The translations under genes and the position numbers were made by a program. The notes under the pieces were generated by a model that was given only the letters and a program-made list of their open reading frames with translations, did not search any database and was not told where the DNA came from. Below, one piece after another: positions 1 through 12,470 of a stretch of DNA of 42,150 nt. Source of the DNA: Octopus bimaculoides (lineage: Eukaryota); assembly GCF_001194135.2 (NCBI RefSeq), contig NC_068982.1, positions 89,459,379 to 89,501,528 of the forward strand, read 5' to 3'. How positions within the stretch are numbered: the first letter of the stretch is position 1; every line of letters starts with the position of its first letter.

Positions 1-560
1 TATCCAGAGGTAATGCAGCATGATCGTTTCAAGCAACTTCATTTAACTGAACAATGCAATCATTACATCAATTTAAATGTAGAGCAATCCTCAGCTGCAT
101 AAAGACATAGAATTTAATTAAATTAAAACAGATGGACACATTAGTATAATTTTACCTAAAATCTCCAAGAAGGTAAGGAGATAGACAGAGAACATGCTGT
201 CTTCACTTCAGCTTAGAAGCTACTAAGGTATCAGGAAGAAAGATGTGTTACAGATTTTGCTTGTCACTGTTTTATGGGGTCAGTTTTAATTTATAGACTA
301 GTTTATCAAATTTTTGTATATCTAAGGCCAAAAGAGCAAGGAGCAATGCCTGTTAGGAAGTGGGCTAAGGGAGTTGATAGAAATCATAGTGTGTATAGTC
401 ATAAAAACTATCAAGATGAATTTGAAGCAATATCATGAGATTTGGTAAAGGAAATCTTAAATCAAGATGTTAGCTGACAATTAAAGGGGCAGGCCACTAG
501 TAGACCATTGATAATGAAACGGGAAATCTTATCATGTGGTACTATAGTTAAATATTTTAC

Positions 561-2418
561 ACAATATTGCCATATTTTATAAAGTTGAAATTTAGGGTTA
601 TCCAGAGGATTATTAAGAAGTATATAAAAGGATAAAAAGTTTTTTGAATACTTTTAAGTATATACCAAACTTTTACCACAATAGAGGGAGGAAAAGAAAT
701 TATCTCGAAATAGTTTAATATTTATACATATAATATACTTAAATACTAACTTATCAGATGGTATCTATGAAGATTGATCAATTGGTATAACATGCTAACT
801 ATATATTAATTAAATTATAATCTAAGCAGTTAATTTTAAGTAGTGAATATACCAGTATTGTTTTATATAAGCTAAGTATGAATTTATAGAGGTACAAAAT
901 TAGATTTATTTTGTAAATAAATAAAGGCTATTATAAAATAATAATGTAGGGCAGAACACCATAGAAAAGGAATAAAATAGCTTAATCACTAAAAACATGA
1001 TAAAGTATATATACCTTATTAACATCAATAGAGAAGATTTATAGAAAATGTATAATAATTTAAGTATACTAAACTAAAAATTATATCTTTACTTATTTAG
1101 CTAGACTAATACCTGGTATTAGCTAAAGGAATATTGATGTTATAGGGCATCCTAATAATATACTAATTTTAAAACTAAGAAGTATAGTATAGGTTTTAGA
1201 AGTTATTATTGTTACTTCATACATGATATTTATAGTTTCTTAGGGGTACTTAATTAGAAGGGCTACTTATATAAAGGCCCTTATAAATACTAAGATCAGG
1301 AGGGTAGAGCACTTTAAGAAAGGGATAAATCAAGTAGTTTCTAAAGATCATTTCAAACAATATTGCCATATTGTATAAAGTTAAAATTTAGGGTTGTCAA
1401 GAAGATTATTAAAAATGATATAACAAAAGGATAAAACTTCTTTGAATACTTTTGAGTATATACCAAATTTTACCACAATAGAGGGAGGAAAAGAAATTTA
1501 ACTTATTAGACGGTATCTATGGAGATTGATCAAATGGATTTTACTGGTATTTAATAAAGGAGCACCGAGGCTAAAGAACATGTTAACTATATACTAATTA
1601 AATTAAATTAAATTAGTTTAAGTTGTGGAGATACCAGTATTGTTTTATATAAGCTAAGTATGAATTTATAGGGGTACAAAAATTAGATTTCTTAAAGGCT
1701 ATTATAAAATAATAAAATGATCAGGTAGGGTAGAGCACTATAGAAAAGGAATAAAGATAGCTTAATCACTAAAACCATAATAAAGTATATATACCTTATT
1801 AACATCAATAGAGAAGATTTATAGAAAATGTATAATAATTTAAGTATTATGAATTAAAAGTCATTTATTAACTTATTTAGCTTATTTCAATCACGACTGA
1901 TACCTGGTATTAGTTAAAAGAATACTGATGTTATAGGACATGCTAATTATATACTAATTTCAAATTAAAAGTTATAATATAGATTTTAAATGTTTATCAG
2001 TGTTAATCCGTACATGGTATTATAGTTTCTTAGGGGTACTTAATTGGAAGGGCTACTTGTATAAAGGCCAATATAAATACTAAGATCAGGAGGGTGGAAC
2101 ACTTTAAGAAAGGGATAAATAAAGTAATTACTAAAACTATTAAAAACAATATAGCCATATTGTATAAAGTTAAAATTTAGGGTTATCAAGAAGATTTAGT
2201 ATTGAGGTGAAAGAACAAAATTAACTATATATTAGTTTAATTATAATGTAAGCAATTTAATTTTAAGTTGTGAATAAAATAAGAAAATGATCAGGTAGGG
2301 TAGAACACCAGAGAAAAGGATATAAAATAGCTTAATCACTAAAAACCATGATGAAGTATAAATACAACTTAGTAACATCAATAGAGAAGATTTATAAAAA
2401 ATGTATACTAATTTAAGT
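561..2418. repeat. Diverged AT-rich tandem repeat, ~790-bp unit (about 2.3 copies), itself a dimer of related ~360/430-bp monomers
   Basis: Anchor ACAATATTGCCATATT.TATAAAGTT.AAATTTAGGGTT recurs at ~561, ~1356 and ~2145. Anchor CAT.CTAA..ATATA.TAATT at 791, 1148, 1579, 1939. Anchor GATCAGG(T)AGGGT.GA.CAC at 1294, 1719, 2084, 2289. The third copy has internal deletions and is cut off by the LINE at ~2418. Confidence 0.9.
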
Positions 2419-3378
2419 GGGCATGCTGGGGCACTGCCGTTTTGCTATACTGTTATTACCGAGAGCCTCCTCTAACATGTGGCACTTGGTGAAGAATGGA
2501 GTTTGATGTTGCTACCCTCATTTGAACTTCTTGCCATCAGGTAGGTTCATCTGGGACTCTCGACAGGAAGAGGTCTAGTTTTGATTTGAAAACATCTACA
2601 TCTACTTTGTGTAGGTCCTCAGACTCTTTGGGAGAATATTAAAAAGCTGTGGGCCTCTGAAACCCAAGCTGTTGCAGTAATTGGTCCTAAAGCACAATGG
2701 CATTGCTGGGATCTTTGGCACTGTGCAGTACCGACCTGTTCTGGCATTGGTGTAGCTTTCAATGTCAAAATTTGGTATAATTCCTTCCAGGATCTTCCAG
2801 ATATGTATTGCTGCATACCTCTCCCACCTTCGCTCCAGGGAGTAGAGTCTTAGCTGTTTCAGCCTTTCCCAGTAGCCGAGCAGCTGCAATGAGACAATCT
2901 TCTTTGTGAAGCTTCGCTGGATTGCTTCAAGGTCTGCTGTTAATTTTACACTGTTGGGTGACCATACCTGGGAGCAATAATCTAGGCAGCTGAGGATGAA
3001 TGTCCTCCAGAGAACCATCATGGTTTTCTTTTCTCTGGTTCTGAACATTCTCAGGATCCACTCAGCCAGTCGCCTGCACTTTGTTGCCATCCTGGTAATG
3101 TGCACTTGGAAAGAGGTATCATCATTCATGTTGATACCCAGGCCTCTCACTGATTTAGGCTCTGGGATTGTCATCCCCTGTGGACCAGTGTACCCTGTAA
3201 GTTTTATATTCAGTTTTAAATGCTGGTAGCGCAGGGCTTGGAAATTTTCAGCATTAAACTGCATATTATTATCCTCAGCCCATCTGTAAATTGAGTTCAA
3301 CTCCTGCTGCAGGTGTGCAACATCGCTGGGGTTTTGTATTTTCTGCAAGACTTTTGTATCATCTGCGTAGCTAGCAAG
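2419..3378 (-). mobile_element. 5'-truncated CR1/L2-type non-LTR retrotransposon (RT C-terminus and 3' end)
   Basis: Minus strand reads ASYADDTKVLQK into ORF 2602-3348 (LQQELNSIYRWAEDNNMQFN...LDYCSQVWSP...LEAIQRSFTK...YWERLKQLRLYSLERR...SLGFRGPQLFNILP). This is the typical CR1/L2 RT thumb and C-terminal region, followed by KSKLDLFLSRVPDEP near the 3' end. Confidence 0.92.
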
Positions 3379-3477
3379 GTATATATATATATATAATAAA
3401 GTAAAATTGCAAGGTACCGCACAAGTAGAAATATATATGAAAGAAGGTTTGAAAATGCAATTTTAAAGATGTTTATT

Positions 3478-3521
3478 CACTTGACCGGTTTCAATTTTTT
3501 AGAAAAAGATTATCAAAAGTA
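3478..3521 (-). ncRNA. Decayed Penelope-type minimal hammerhead ribozyme motif
   Basis: Minus strand: TACTT (stem I) TTGATAA (core CUGAUGA with 2 transitions), a degenerate stem II, GAAA CCGGTC (palindromic stem III ACCGGU plus C17), AAGTG (stem I'). Confidence 0.45.
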
Positions 3522-3588
3522 AAATGTAAAGCTTTGCATGACCTTTGTTGTATTAGGTACTAGTTATCCCAAAAGTATTAAAAAACAG

Positions 3589-3833
3589 AGATACATTCTT
3601 TGATAATAATAAGAAATGTTAAAAATAGTTTACAAGAAAGTATTTCAGAAAGTAATCAGAACAGCACTCCAAAAAGTAGAGTTCAATAAAAATCATGTTT
3701 GTATGGTAGTATATATATAGTGTATATGTATATATACACTATATATATTTAGAGTCCCGTTCTGATTACTTTCTCAAATACTTTCTTGTAAACTCTTTTA
3801 AACATTTTCTTATTATTATCAGAGAATGTATCT
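3589..3833. repeat. Inverted repeat, ~81-bp arms (3589-3669 / 3752-3833) around a TA-rich palindromic spacer
   Basis: Left arm AGATACATTCTTTGATAATAATAAGAAATGTT...GAAAGTAATCAGAACAGCACTC matches the reverse complement of the right arm with few mismatches. Confidence 0.85.
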
Positions 3834-3860
3834 GTATATATATATATATATATATATATT

Positions 3861-4051
3861 AAGGTAGTGGTGGTTGTGAGTTTCATGCCATTTCCTCCAG
3901 CTTTATGTTCTGTGTAAAAACTCCACTGAAGTTGATTTTGTCTTTCATCCTTTTGGGGTCAATATAATAAATACCAATTGAGCACAGGGGAATGTAGTCA
4001 ACTAGCCTTCTTTCCTAAAATTTCAGGGCTTGTGCTTATAGTAGAAAGGAT
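3861..4051 (+). mobile_element. tRNA-derived SINE, family A (decayed)
   Basis: Shares the body GACTTTG(C/T)CTTTCATCCTTT.GGGGTC...AAGTACCAG and the tail GGCCTTGTGCCTAGAGTAGAAAAGAAT with the better-preserved copy at 37888-38100. Confidence 0.75.
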
Positions 4052-5671
4052 CCTTGTCCTCCTCCTCCTCCTCCTCCTCCTCCTTATTAAACCATGCTGT
4101 CTGCAGTCTTTTGTTTTGCACAGATGACTCATATTGTTTAAATAGCTGTGTCAGATCGGAGCAGACCAAGAAGAGTGAAATCTATTTTTGAACTACTTAC
4201 TTGAAAGTTCTTATGTCAGACATAGATGAAGAGTTCTAAAAATATGATAAACATATCTCTGATAGGTTTGGTGCTATAGAAACCATGCTGATGACTGGAT
4301 GAGGGAAAGAGGGTGGGAGGGGAAAGTTGAAGTTTGATGGCAGAGGCAGAGTTTTTTTAATCGTTTTCATTATCTATGAGATAACTGCAGTGTGGATGTT
4401 AGGTCTCTTGTTAGTTTCCTTGGAGCAGTGAGTTTTGCCCAAACTGTGTGCACAGTTAAGTTGACTGACCCATTTGAAAGTTTGATGTTCTTGCAATGAC
4501 AAGATATAAATCACCCACCTATCAGCTACACTTCCCACCTGGTCAACCACACTTCAATGCTTTTGTCCAATTAATCTTATACTAATTAAACATATCTAAC
4601 ATTTGACAAAGCACAAGTTTAATTTCAGGATGGTGAGAGGAGGAAGCCACAAGCAATAGATTTCACTCTAGTATGTTACTGGACACAGATAAGTTTTTTA
4701 TTTCTAAAAACACTTTCTCCTTGTGATAAATCAACTCACTAAATGCATCTTTCTATAGATTAATATTTACAACACAAACACTCACCAATATCCCCATATT
4801 TCAAAATTGATCATTTTAAAATTATTGTTTGTGAAAAAAAAAAAAAATCACATAGAAGATTATAAGTAAATATTGTAAACTATTTAGTCTGATTTTACTA
4901 CTTCTCCACATACAATGTCTTTAAAATGTCTGTTCGAACTGTCAGTAGTGATCTAGGCCTTTTTTTCTGTTTATGGGCTACATGGAATAGCTATTGAGTA
5001 ATAATCTGTCTTTTGCTTGGTTCTTTTCTATACAAAATACAGTCACAATCTGATGCCTACCTTATATCTTACTCAACAGTGAGATTTTACACATTGATAT
5101 ATCATCATTATTTGCCTGTTAGTTTGGCTGGATGGGATGTTACTGCTCTCCCAAACAGGTCAGAGAACCAAATGCCACTTGTAAGTTTCATTTTCAGTTT
5201 GGTTTCTGTGGTTTGATGCTCTACCTAGTCCTGAAGCCTTGTTGTAGATGGACAAAATGTTAGACATTTCTTTTTTTTTCCCCCATTTCTTGAGTTCAAA
5301 CTAATACCAATTCTGCTGTATGTAATCACAGCACAATCAGTGCTATTCATTATCACATCATGACTTTTCTTATACAATTCAGTCACTTCTAAGTGTAGTC
5401 AGCTGAGGTGACTATACACACCTTGCTAATGAGTTTGAATAAGATCAAAACATGTCTATTCCTTACGCCTATTAGTTTTAAAGACCTGTTCTTCTTTTGT
5501 TGTATTTATTTGCTGAAAATTTGGATTAGGAGATATTAATCTCCATTGCTTACTGTTTTGAGATTTGTAACACTCCCTAAGAGAGTAAGTGCTTTCTAAT
5601 CATATTCTATCTAAGGTAACTGAAGCTTTTCAACTCACTGTATAGTATATATAAAACTTTACTACACATGT

Positions 5672-5702
<31 letters not shown>

Positions 5703-6469
5703 TCATGTAGAATAAAGAATGGTATTAAATCTGTATGTATTTAATTCTCTTTACCACTATCCTCATCACCCCGTCTTTCTCTCCCATCATGTTACCTATA
5801 TATGTCATATTGCATCATGAGTTGATACCTAGTTCACTCTACATTTACCCTTTCTCTACTACCCACCATCAAACCATTCCTCCCTTACCAAATCTCTAAC
5901 CTCATTCATGGAAAATGAAATTAATCAATTCAAACTTTATTCCAACTGTCAAAAATTGTACCATTTTATAATACTAACTCAATGTTTACTCATTATTTTG
6001 TATCATATACCATTTATTATTCATTTTTCTTTTCTTGTTTTATTATTCTGCTTGTCACAGTATGTGTTCATATGTTGAGCTTCAAAAGAATTCAAAAAGT
6101 GTTGTTTACCAAGTGGAAAGTGGGACTGTTTATCTATGCATGAAAGTGTTTGCCAGGATAAAATGCAAATGTTTTTCCTAGCAATGTCAAGAATAAAAAA
6201 AGTTCCCCGAGCAAAAAGTGAAAGACTTTTTTTTATATATTTGAAATATAAATAGTAAGCGTTAAACCATAATGGAAGGAATAGATTTATTGAGAGAATA
6301 GTAGAAGAAACAGTGAAGAAGGGAATAATGGAGAAGACAGGAGAAAGGGAAAGAGCAATGGCTGGGGTTAAAAAGTGGTTAGGGTAAATGGGATGGGTTA
6401 AGTAGTGAGAGTCAGTGTCTGGCTAAGTTGGAGAGACTCAGTGTTCTCATATTATATTATCATAGTATC

Positions 6470-6690
6470 ATCATCATCATCATCATCTAGCTTCCACTTT
6501 CCATGCTGGCATGGGTTAGACGGTTTGACTGGAACTGTATCAGGCTCCAGTCTGATTTGGCTTGGTTTCCATGGCTGAATGCCCTTCCTAACGCCAAATA
6601 TTCCAAGAGTCTAGGGGATGCCTTTTACATGTCACTCGTATGGGTGCATTGCTATGCATGCCTGGCCAGAATCCAAGTCAGTTTTTAGTG
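6470..6690 (-). mobile_element. SINE/LINE-tail fragment ending in (ATG)n, same family as 41918-42150
   Basis: (CAT)n followed by TTCCATGCTGGCATGGGTT.GACG...CAGGCTCCAGTCTGATTTGGC...ATGCCCTTCCTAACGCCAA, nearly identical to 41945-42065. Confidence 0.85.
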
Positions 6691-7259
6691 GAATTACCAA
6701 GGTTTATTGTTGAGAGAGGGTTGAAGGAAATTGATTAAGTTAGTGTTAAAGAAGATAGTAAAATGGAAGGGTAAAAGGTAATATGAGAGAGTCAAAGAAT
6801 AATAGGGATGGTGGGGAATGTTGAACAGGAGGTAATATAGTACAACCTTCTGTTATATATAAGAGGGTAGAATGGGGGATGGAGGAGAGACATGAGGTGA
6901 TGATGATGAGAAGCAAGTGTATCCTCATGGCAAAGTAAAATAAGAATCAAGGAGTTGGTGGCGGGGTTGCTTGAGTGCAGCCCCTCTCAACTCAAGCATT
7001 ATGATTCAGAGGAATAGAGGAAGGTAGGTAGGGACTGTTGGTGGATTTAGGGAGAGGAACATATTCAAAATATACACATTGAGTACTTTCTTCTTGATTA
7101 TAATACAGTAAAGGAAGAGATGATGGAAAGATGAGAATATAGAGTAGGTATAATTCATAGGGAAAGAGATAGTGGGGAGATGTGATGGTAGAGAATTTTA
7201 AATAGGTTGCAGGGTGTATGTACGAGGTAATAGATAGTGGGATACATGCACTACACCAC

Positions 7260-8245
7260 TATTTTGAATATTTTGCCAATCCTGCATGGGGAGTTAGATC
7301 TGCTGCAGCAACACATGTTGGCTGTTCCTCTTCCATCTCCTTTGTCATGTAGTATCTTGCTTTCATTTTTCACCACATCATACCAAATTTTTCTTAGTCT
7401 TCCCCTTCAACCGGTACCATTCACTTTGAGCACCCAGGACTTGGTTATACAGCTGTCATCCTCCATCTGCATCACATGCCAATATGATTGCAGTCTCCTA
7501 TCTTGCATACTGATTACTCTTATACCTATTTTGTCTCTTAATTCATTTATATTTCGTCATGCATGCACACTACCTTGGCACATCCAGCAAATAATGCTTA
7601 CCTCCTTTTTTCTGAACTTTACAGGTCTTTCACATTCAGAGCCTTCATCTTCTTGCCAGGTAGCATCACACTTCTCTAACACTCCAATCCATTCTTACTC
7701 AAGTGGCAACACTTTCAGAACACCCATCCCCATTAATTATGTCCCTAGGTAAAAAAAAGTAATCCAAGGGAGCCATCTAAGCATGTGAGAGCATCTATTT
7801 TCCATGTGCTTTTTGATCTTGTGCATCTGATCCCACTACACATTTTGTGCACCTGTTGTTTACACTGGGCACATTTATGGACTTACTCTTGTTTCCTGTT
7901 TTGCAGATAGAGCATGGTCATTTCCCTGATGTATAAGGGTTCTATCATCCTCCCTTTTTACTAAAGCTTATGTTTTTATTAAGTTTACTTCAAGGATCTT
8001 CAATTCCAAGTTCTCCTTCCATGTCTGGAATTTTTGTTTTATTTTTTCTACTAAGTCTTCTATAAGCACTAAGCCATCAGCAACATACTGGAATTCCCAA
8101 GGACAGCTGGTATTAAATTCCTCTTAAATTCCTCTTTCTAAAGCTTGGTGGACTATATTAAAGGTTGGGTGCTAAGAACTGAACCCTGATTGTCATAAAC
8201 CAGTTCAAAGAAGGCTTTTATTTAAACTTTATTCTGCTCGCCATC
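7260..8245 (-). mobile_element. Degenerate RTE-clade LINE (RT and C-terminal region)
   Basis: Minus-strand translation with stops and frameshifts: NQGSVLS...EEFNTSCPWEFQYVADGLVLI (QGSVLSP / LYADD), GCSESVATRVR, RRLQSYWHVMQMEDDSC...RGRLRKIWYDVVK. The plus-strand ORF 7237-7752 is its antisense shadow. Confidence 0.85.
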
Positions 8246-8250
8246 TAATC

Positions 8251-8438
8251 CATTAATCATGGCTGTCCAGCAATTAAGATGCACTGTTTTATATTACGTA
8301 AAGACAGTATCCATCTATCTATGTCATTTGACACTATGCTGCATTTTCATACTCAATACAAAGTAAGATATCTATATTTTTATCTACTATTCACTATTGT
8401 AGAAAGGAATTAATGATAGGATATTATAATTCCTAACA
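8251..8438 (-). repeat. LTR-like direct repeat, copy 1 (3' LTR position)
   Basis: Aligns with 9931-10134 (AATCA.GGCTGTCC...AAGACAGTATCCATCTATC.ATGTCATT...ATTAATGATAGGATATTATAATTC.TAACA). Confidence 0.75.
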
Positions 8439-9930
8439 GCCTGTCAATGATCTTGAAAATTTAAACATTCGCTCAAGAGGTGTTGTATTGGTAGCTGTAC
8501 AGAGGAGTCCTCTCATGGCTGATAGAGCCATGGGAAGGGCCATCAACGATTGTCCTTTATCTTGTTGGGAACTAAGTGTTAGATTTATGGTCTTCATGAG
8601 AGCACCATTGGTCCTTTCACATTGGCCATTGCCTTGAGATCAATAGGGAGATGTTCTAGTTTTTATTGTTCCCTTAGCATGATGGATGTCCTGGAGCTTC
8701 TTATTATCAAATTGGGTTCCTCTGTCAGAGTGGATACAATTTGGTGATCCAAACAATGAAAAGAGGTTGAGAGGGTGGGAAATTACTGTTTTGGTACGTA
8801 TGTATTTGCATGGGTATGTGAATGGGTACCTTGAGGAGCCATCGACTATTACCAGTAAGTATCAGTATTGTGTGGTTGATATCAGGGAACCAATAAAGTT
8901 GATGGAGAGGCACTCCCAAGGTCTTGATGCCTCCATTAATTTACTTAATTGACCCATAAGTGGTTTGTAGAAATGGGGTTTGAGTTTGTTGCATGTAGAG
9001 CAAGCAAGTGTCATTTCACAGATTTTGTTGAGGGAGAATGGCAGGTTTCATAATTTACAGTAGTGAAGTAGGTGGGTCACTCCTGGGTGGCACAGTTGTT
9101 TGTAAAGGGTTACTAGTGTTGTAGTGTCTCTTGTTGCTGCACATCTTGATAGTGCATCTGTTGCTTTGTTTTGAGTTCCAGGTCTATAGGAGACTGTGTA
9201 ATTTATGTACAAGAGGTCCAAGCACCAGCATATAAGTTTTTCATTTTTGATGTCCCTTGCTTATTGAAGATCATCGAGTGTTGATTGGTGATGATGTTGC
9301 AGTATGAGGCAACATGTATTAGGTGGCACCATTTGCAGCAATATTCTATGATTGCACAGGCTTCTCTCTCAATGATGGGTTGGTGTTTTTCTGATTTTGA
9401 AAGGGACTTTGACTAGGGACTTTGAAAAAGACCTTGAATAGAAGCCCACTGGCCTTCCTTGTTGTAATAGCATCCTTCCCAAGGCTAGGCCAGAAACATC
9501 TGTTTCAATGGTAAGTGGTATTCCAGATTGTGGAACGGCAAGTATGGCATTTACCAATGCAGTCTTGAGAGATGTGATTGCTGTTTTTGCTTCTTCTGGC
9601 AGTCTGGCATTGTTGATATTCTCTCTGGCTCTTGAGTGAACTGGTGAGTCTGGAGCACTTATGTATCCATTTTGCATAATATGGAAAAAATGCCTATTAT
9701 TTGATTTAGTTCTCTCAATGTTCTTGGTTCTGACAGAGCTTGAAACCTTTTAGAGTCAGGTTTTATTGTGGAATTTCCAATAATATGTCCAAGAAAGCTG
9801 ATTTGCTTCTTAGAGAATTGACTGTTGCTCTTATTGATGGTCATGCCAGATGTTTTGGCTGCCTGAATAAATTTTCTGAGGTTATTGTCATGTTTGTGTT
9901 GAACTTTGCCAGCTAATTTGCTGTCTTATC

Positions 9931-10047
9931 TGTTAATCACGGCTGTCCAATGATTAAGATGTGTTATTTTATATTAGGTGAAGACAGTATCCATCTATCA
10001 ATGTCATTCGAAACTATGCTGCATTTTCGTACTCAGTACAAAATAAG

Positions 10048-10079
<32 letters not shown>

Positions 10080-10134
10080 CTATTATTTACTGTTGTCAAA
10101 AGAAATTAATGATAGGATATTATAATTCATAACA
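9931..10134 (-). repeat. LTR-like direct repeat, copy 2 (5' LTR position), TGTTA...TAACA termini
   Basis: Begins TGTTA and ends TAACA (TG..CA inverted termini). Contains an expanded (TA)n relative to copy 1. Confidence 0.75.
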
Positions 10135-10804
10135 TTGATAAAACCCCTAACTTGCACACTGAATTTATTGCAGAACTCATTACTGACTGAAACTCTCTGC
10201 AAGGCTTATTATTATTATTATTCTGCTGTTATATGGTAATGTTGAAGTAATTAGTCTAATTATCCATCCACTGAAACTACAACTCAGGCACATGGATGTA
10301 TGATTTGTTTTTGAGTTCCTTTTTTCTGCCTTTTCTAGATAAAAGTTGTTTTTTTTGTCTGCTGTTCATATCTGTTCTTATTTTGTCATTCCTTATCAGT
10401 TGTTTTTATAAAAACACTAAGTGAATCTTCTTACAGTTTGATTTCCACATTTTCCTGCTTTCACTTTTCGCAAATTCTGTAAATAGTTCTTCACTATTAC
10501 TTTTCCAAGAACTTCTTCTTCTACACAGACACCTAGACTAGTTTTCTCTAGTTCAAGTATGTCTTTGATGTCCATTTACTCTCATTTTATTTTTTCCGTT
10601 TGACCCACATTTAATTGGAGATGCATACATCTGTACATTGTGAGCTGCTTCCTTACTTCCCTATCAGTATCCTTCTGCTCATTCTTCTGCTACTCAATAA
10701 CTCCTGTTCCATATCTTATTAGTGATCCTACTCTCAAGTTGATTGCCTGTTTGATATTTCTCCACCTTCATTTCTGTACTTTGGGCTTTATCACTTTCCA
10801 ATGT

Positions 10805-10834
10805 TGTATGCATGTATGCATGCATCTATCCATC

Positions 10835-10866
<32 letters not shown>

Positions 10867-11080
10867 CCATACATACATAATCCAAATAATAAGACAAAAT
10901 ATACATAGCTTTACAGGATATATACAAGATGATACAAGATATATAGACACACACACATACCCACACACATACAAACACACAAACACATACACACACATGC
11001 ATAAAACACAGAAACACACGCACACACAAGCACACACACAAANNNNNNNNNNNNNNCCCCCCTCCTACAAACACACACTT
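10805..11080. repeat. (CATA)n/(CA)n microsatellite block with N gap
   Basis: Directly visible simple repeats; these generate the low-complexity ORFs 10640-11113, 10768-11037 and 10826-11074. Confidence 0.9.
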
Positions 11081-12470
11081 ATACTTTTAATGATATTATA
11101 TTCTTATCATTAGGTTGATCTATTTCAATACATTTTTCTGAATTTTCCCTGCATCATTTGCATCATGGCACATTTTTCATTTCTGAAAGTCATCATTATG
11201 TCACTTCTTAACACTCTCACAGTTTTCATTTTCGAATCATGTTGATCGTTTGTCTTTTCCTAAAGCTTTAAATAATCCATGAACAAATGATGATTAATTT
11301 TTCCTCTTTTTTTTTCCCTAATATCATTCCTTAGCTTTGTTTAATACAGTCAAGAAAGGTAGCAATGCAATTACAAGCAAGAAAAAAATATGTTCCTTTT
11401 GAAAGATTCTCTTTCTAATCATCATCCTTTAGATGTTAATTCAGCTCTCCAGTGTTGCATCTTTTCACAGGTAGCCAACCTTTTTGGAGATATTAAAGTT
11501 TTAGGCACTGTTTGATCTACAAGTATGGGTCTAAATCATATTCTTTTCTATAATTGATGCATGCAGTAGGTAAATGTCAGACTCTTTCTGCAGTTCCTCA
11601 ACACCAACCTACCAATTGTAAGTTCTTTCATTTCTTTGCTTTTTCTTTTTCAATGACCTTTCACTTTATGAGACCTCAAGTGCTTCTCATGTAGGTGTTG
11701 CTATACCTCTTTTGTAATAAGCCTTGTTAGGAGATTTCACATAAGTGATAGACATATTAACGGCCAGTTATTTGAAGCAGCAGTTCCTTTTAGTTTCTCT
11801 TTCAGTGTCAAGCAAATACTTTAATCACAGCAGAATATCTTCCTTTGACATGCTCTCATTTAGTTCTATCACTTTGATTATACAGAGACATGTAAGCATG
11901 TTAAGCCAGTAACCATGGAGAAGATCTTCTCCAGCAGCTTCCCATTTTCTTACCTTTATTAGTTGCTTTTGACTATCTCCTTTCATGATTCTATTCTCTT
12001 TCTGTACTTCAACATTTTCAGTGTAATATTCGTCTTGATATATTCACTTTGTATTACTACCACACTTACTATTACTCCTCAAAATAACCTTTTTTCCAGA
12101 ATTCACAATTATGTTTTCATTTATTTCATTTCCTTCAAGAATATTAAGGGCAATTTTATTTATATTGTTTGTGTCTTTCTTTGTATTTTCTAATTTTTGG
12201 CAGCTTTCAACTTTATTCTCTGCTTAGGTCTTCAATTTTTGCTCTAATTCCTCTTCTCCTTACATGATACATTTCATCTAATCTACTCTTCTTTTCTTCT
12301 TTCTTTAATTTACCTGGCTTCCATTGATGGCCCAGCTCATATACCTTTCCTAAGATTGCTATTTTTTTTATTAATATCTACCTTTTCTACCAAGATATCT
12401 GCTGATCCTTCTTTTATCCTCTCTTTTCTCCCAAGTTTCTACAACAGTATTAGCACCTAATATTATTGTA

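Larger units (their letters stand above)
8251..10134 (-). mobile_element. Internally deleted Ty3/gypsy LTR retrotransposon (RT thumb, RNase H, integrase) between ~200-bp direct repeats
   Basis: Minus strand: RT end (AGKVQHKHDNNLRKFIQAA...SQFSKKQISFLGHII...KPDSKR), RNase H (LTIETDVSGLALGRMLLQQGRPVGFYSRSFS), integrase HHCC-like region (HPGVTHLLHY...ACSTCNKLKP) and core (QGNGQCERTNG...LLCTATNTTPLERMF). Confidence 0.9.

Noticed and set aside
1-60. VMQHDRFKQLHL resembles the piggyBac VMSRDRF...LH motif
   Set aside because: Only ~15 residues at the window edge; no downstream DDD-domain motifs could be followed.
561-2418. Possible mitochondrial insertion (NUMT) or RIP-mutated gypsy
   Set aside because: No mitochondrial gene recognised in either strand or genetic code. 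The tandem dimeric structure explains the region better, and RT-like words (FLGVLN, AKYEF) are too short to support a call.
4104-4190. Plus-strand acceptor TTTTGCACAG followed by DSYCLNSCVRSEQTKKSEIYF*
   Set aside because: No partner exon or recognisable protein; consistent with chance.
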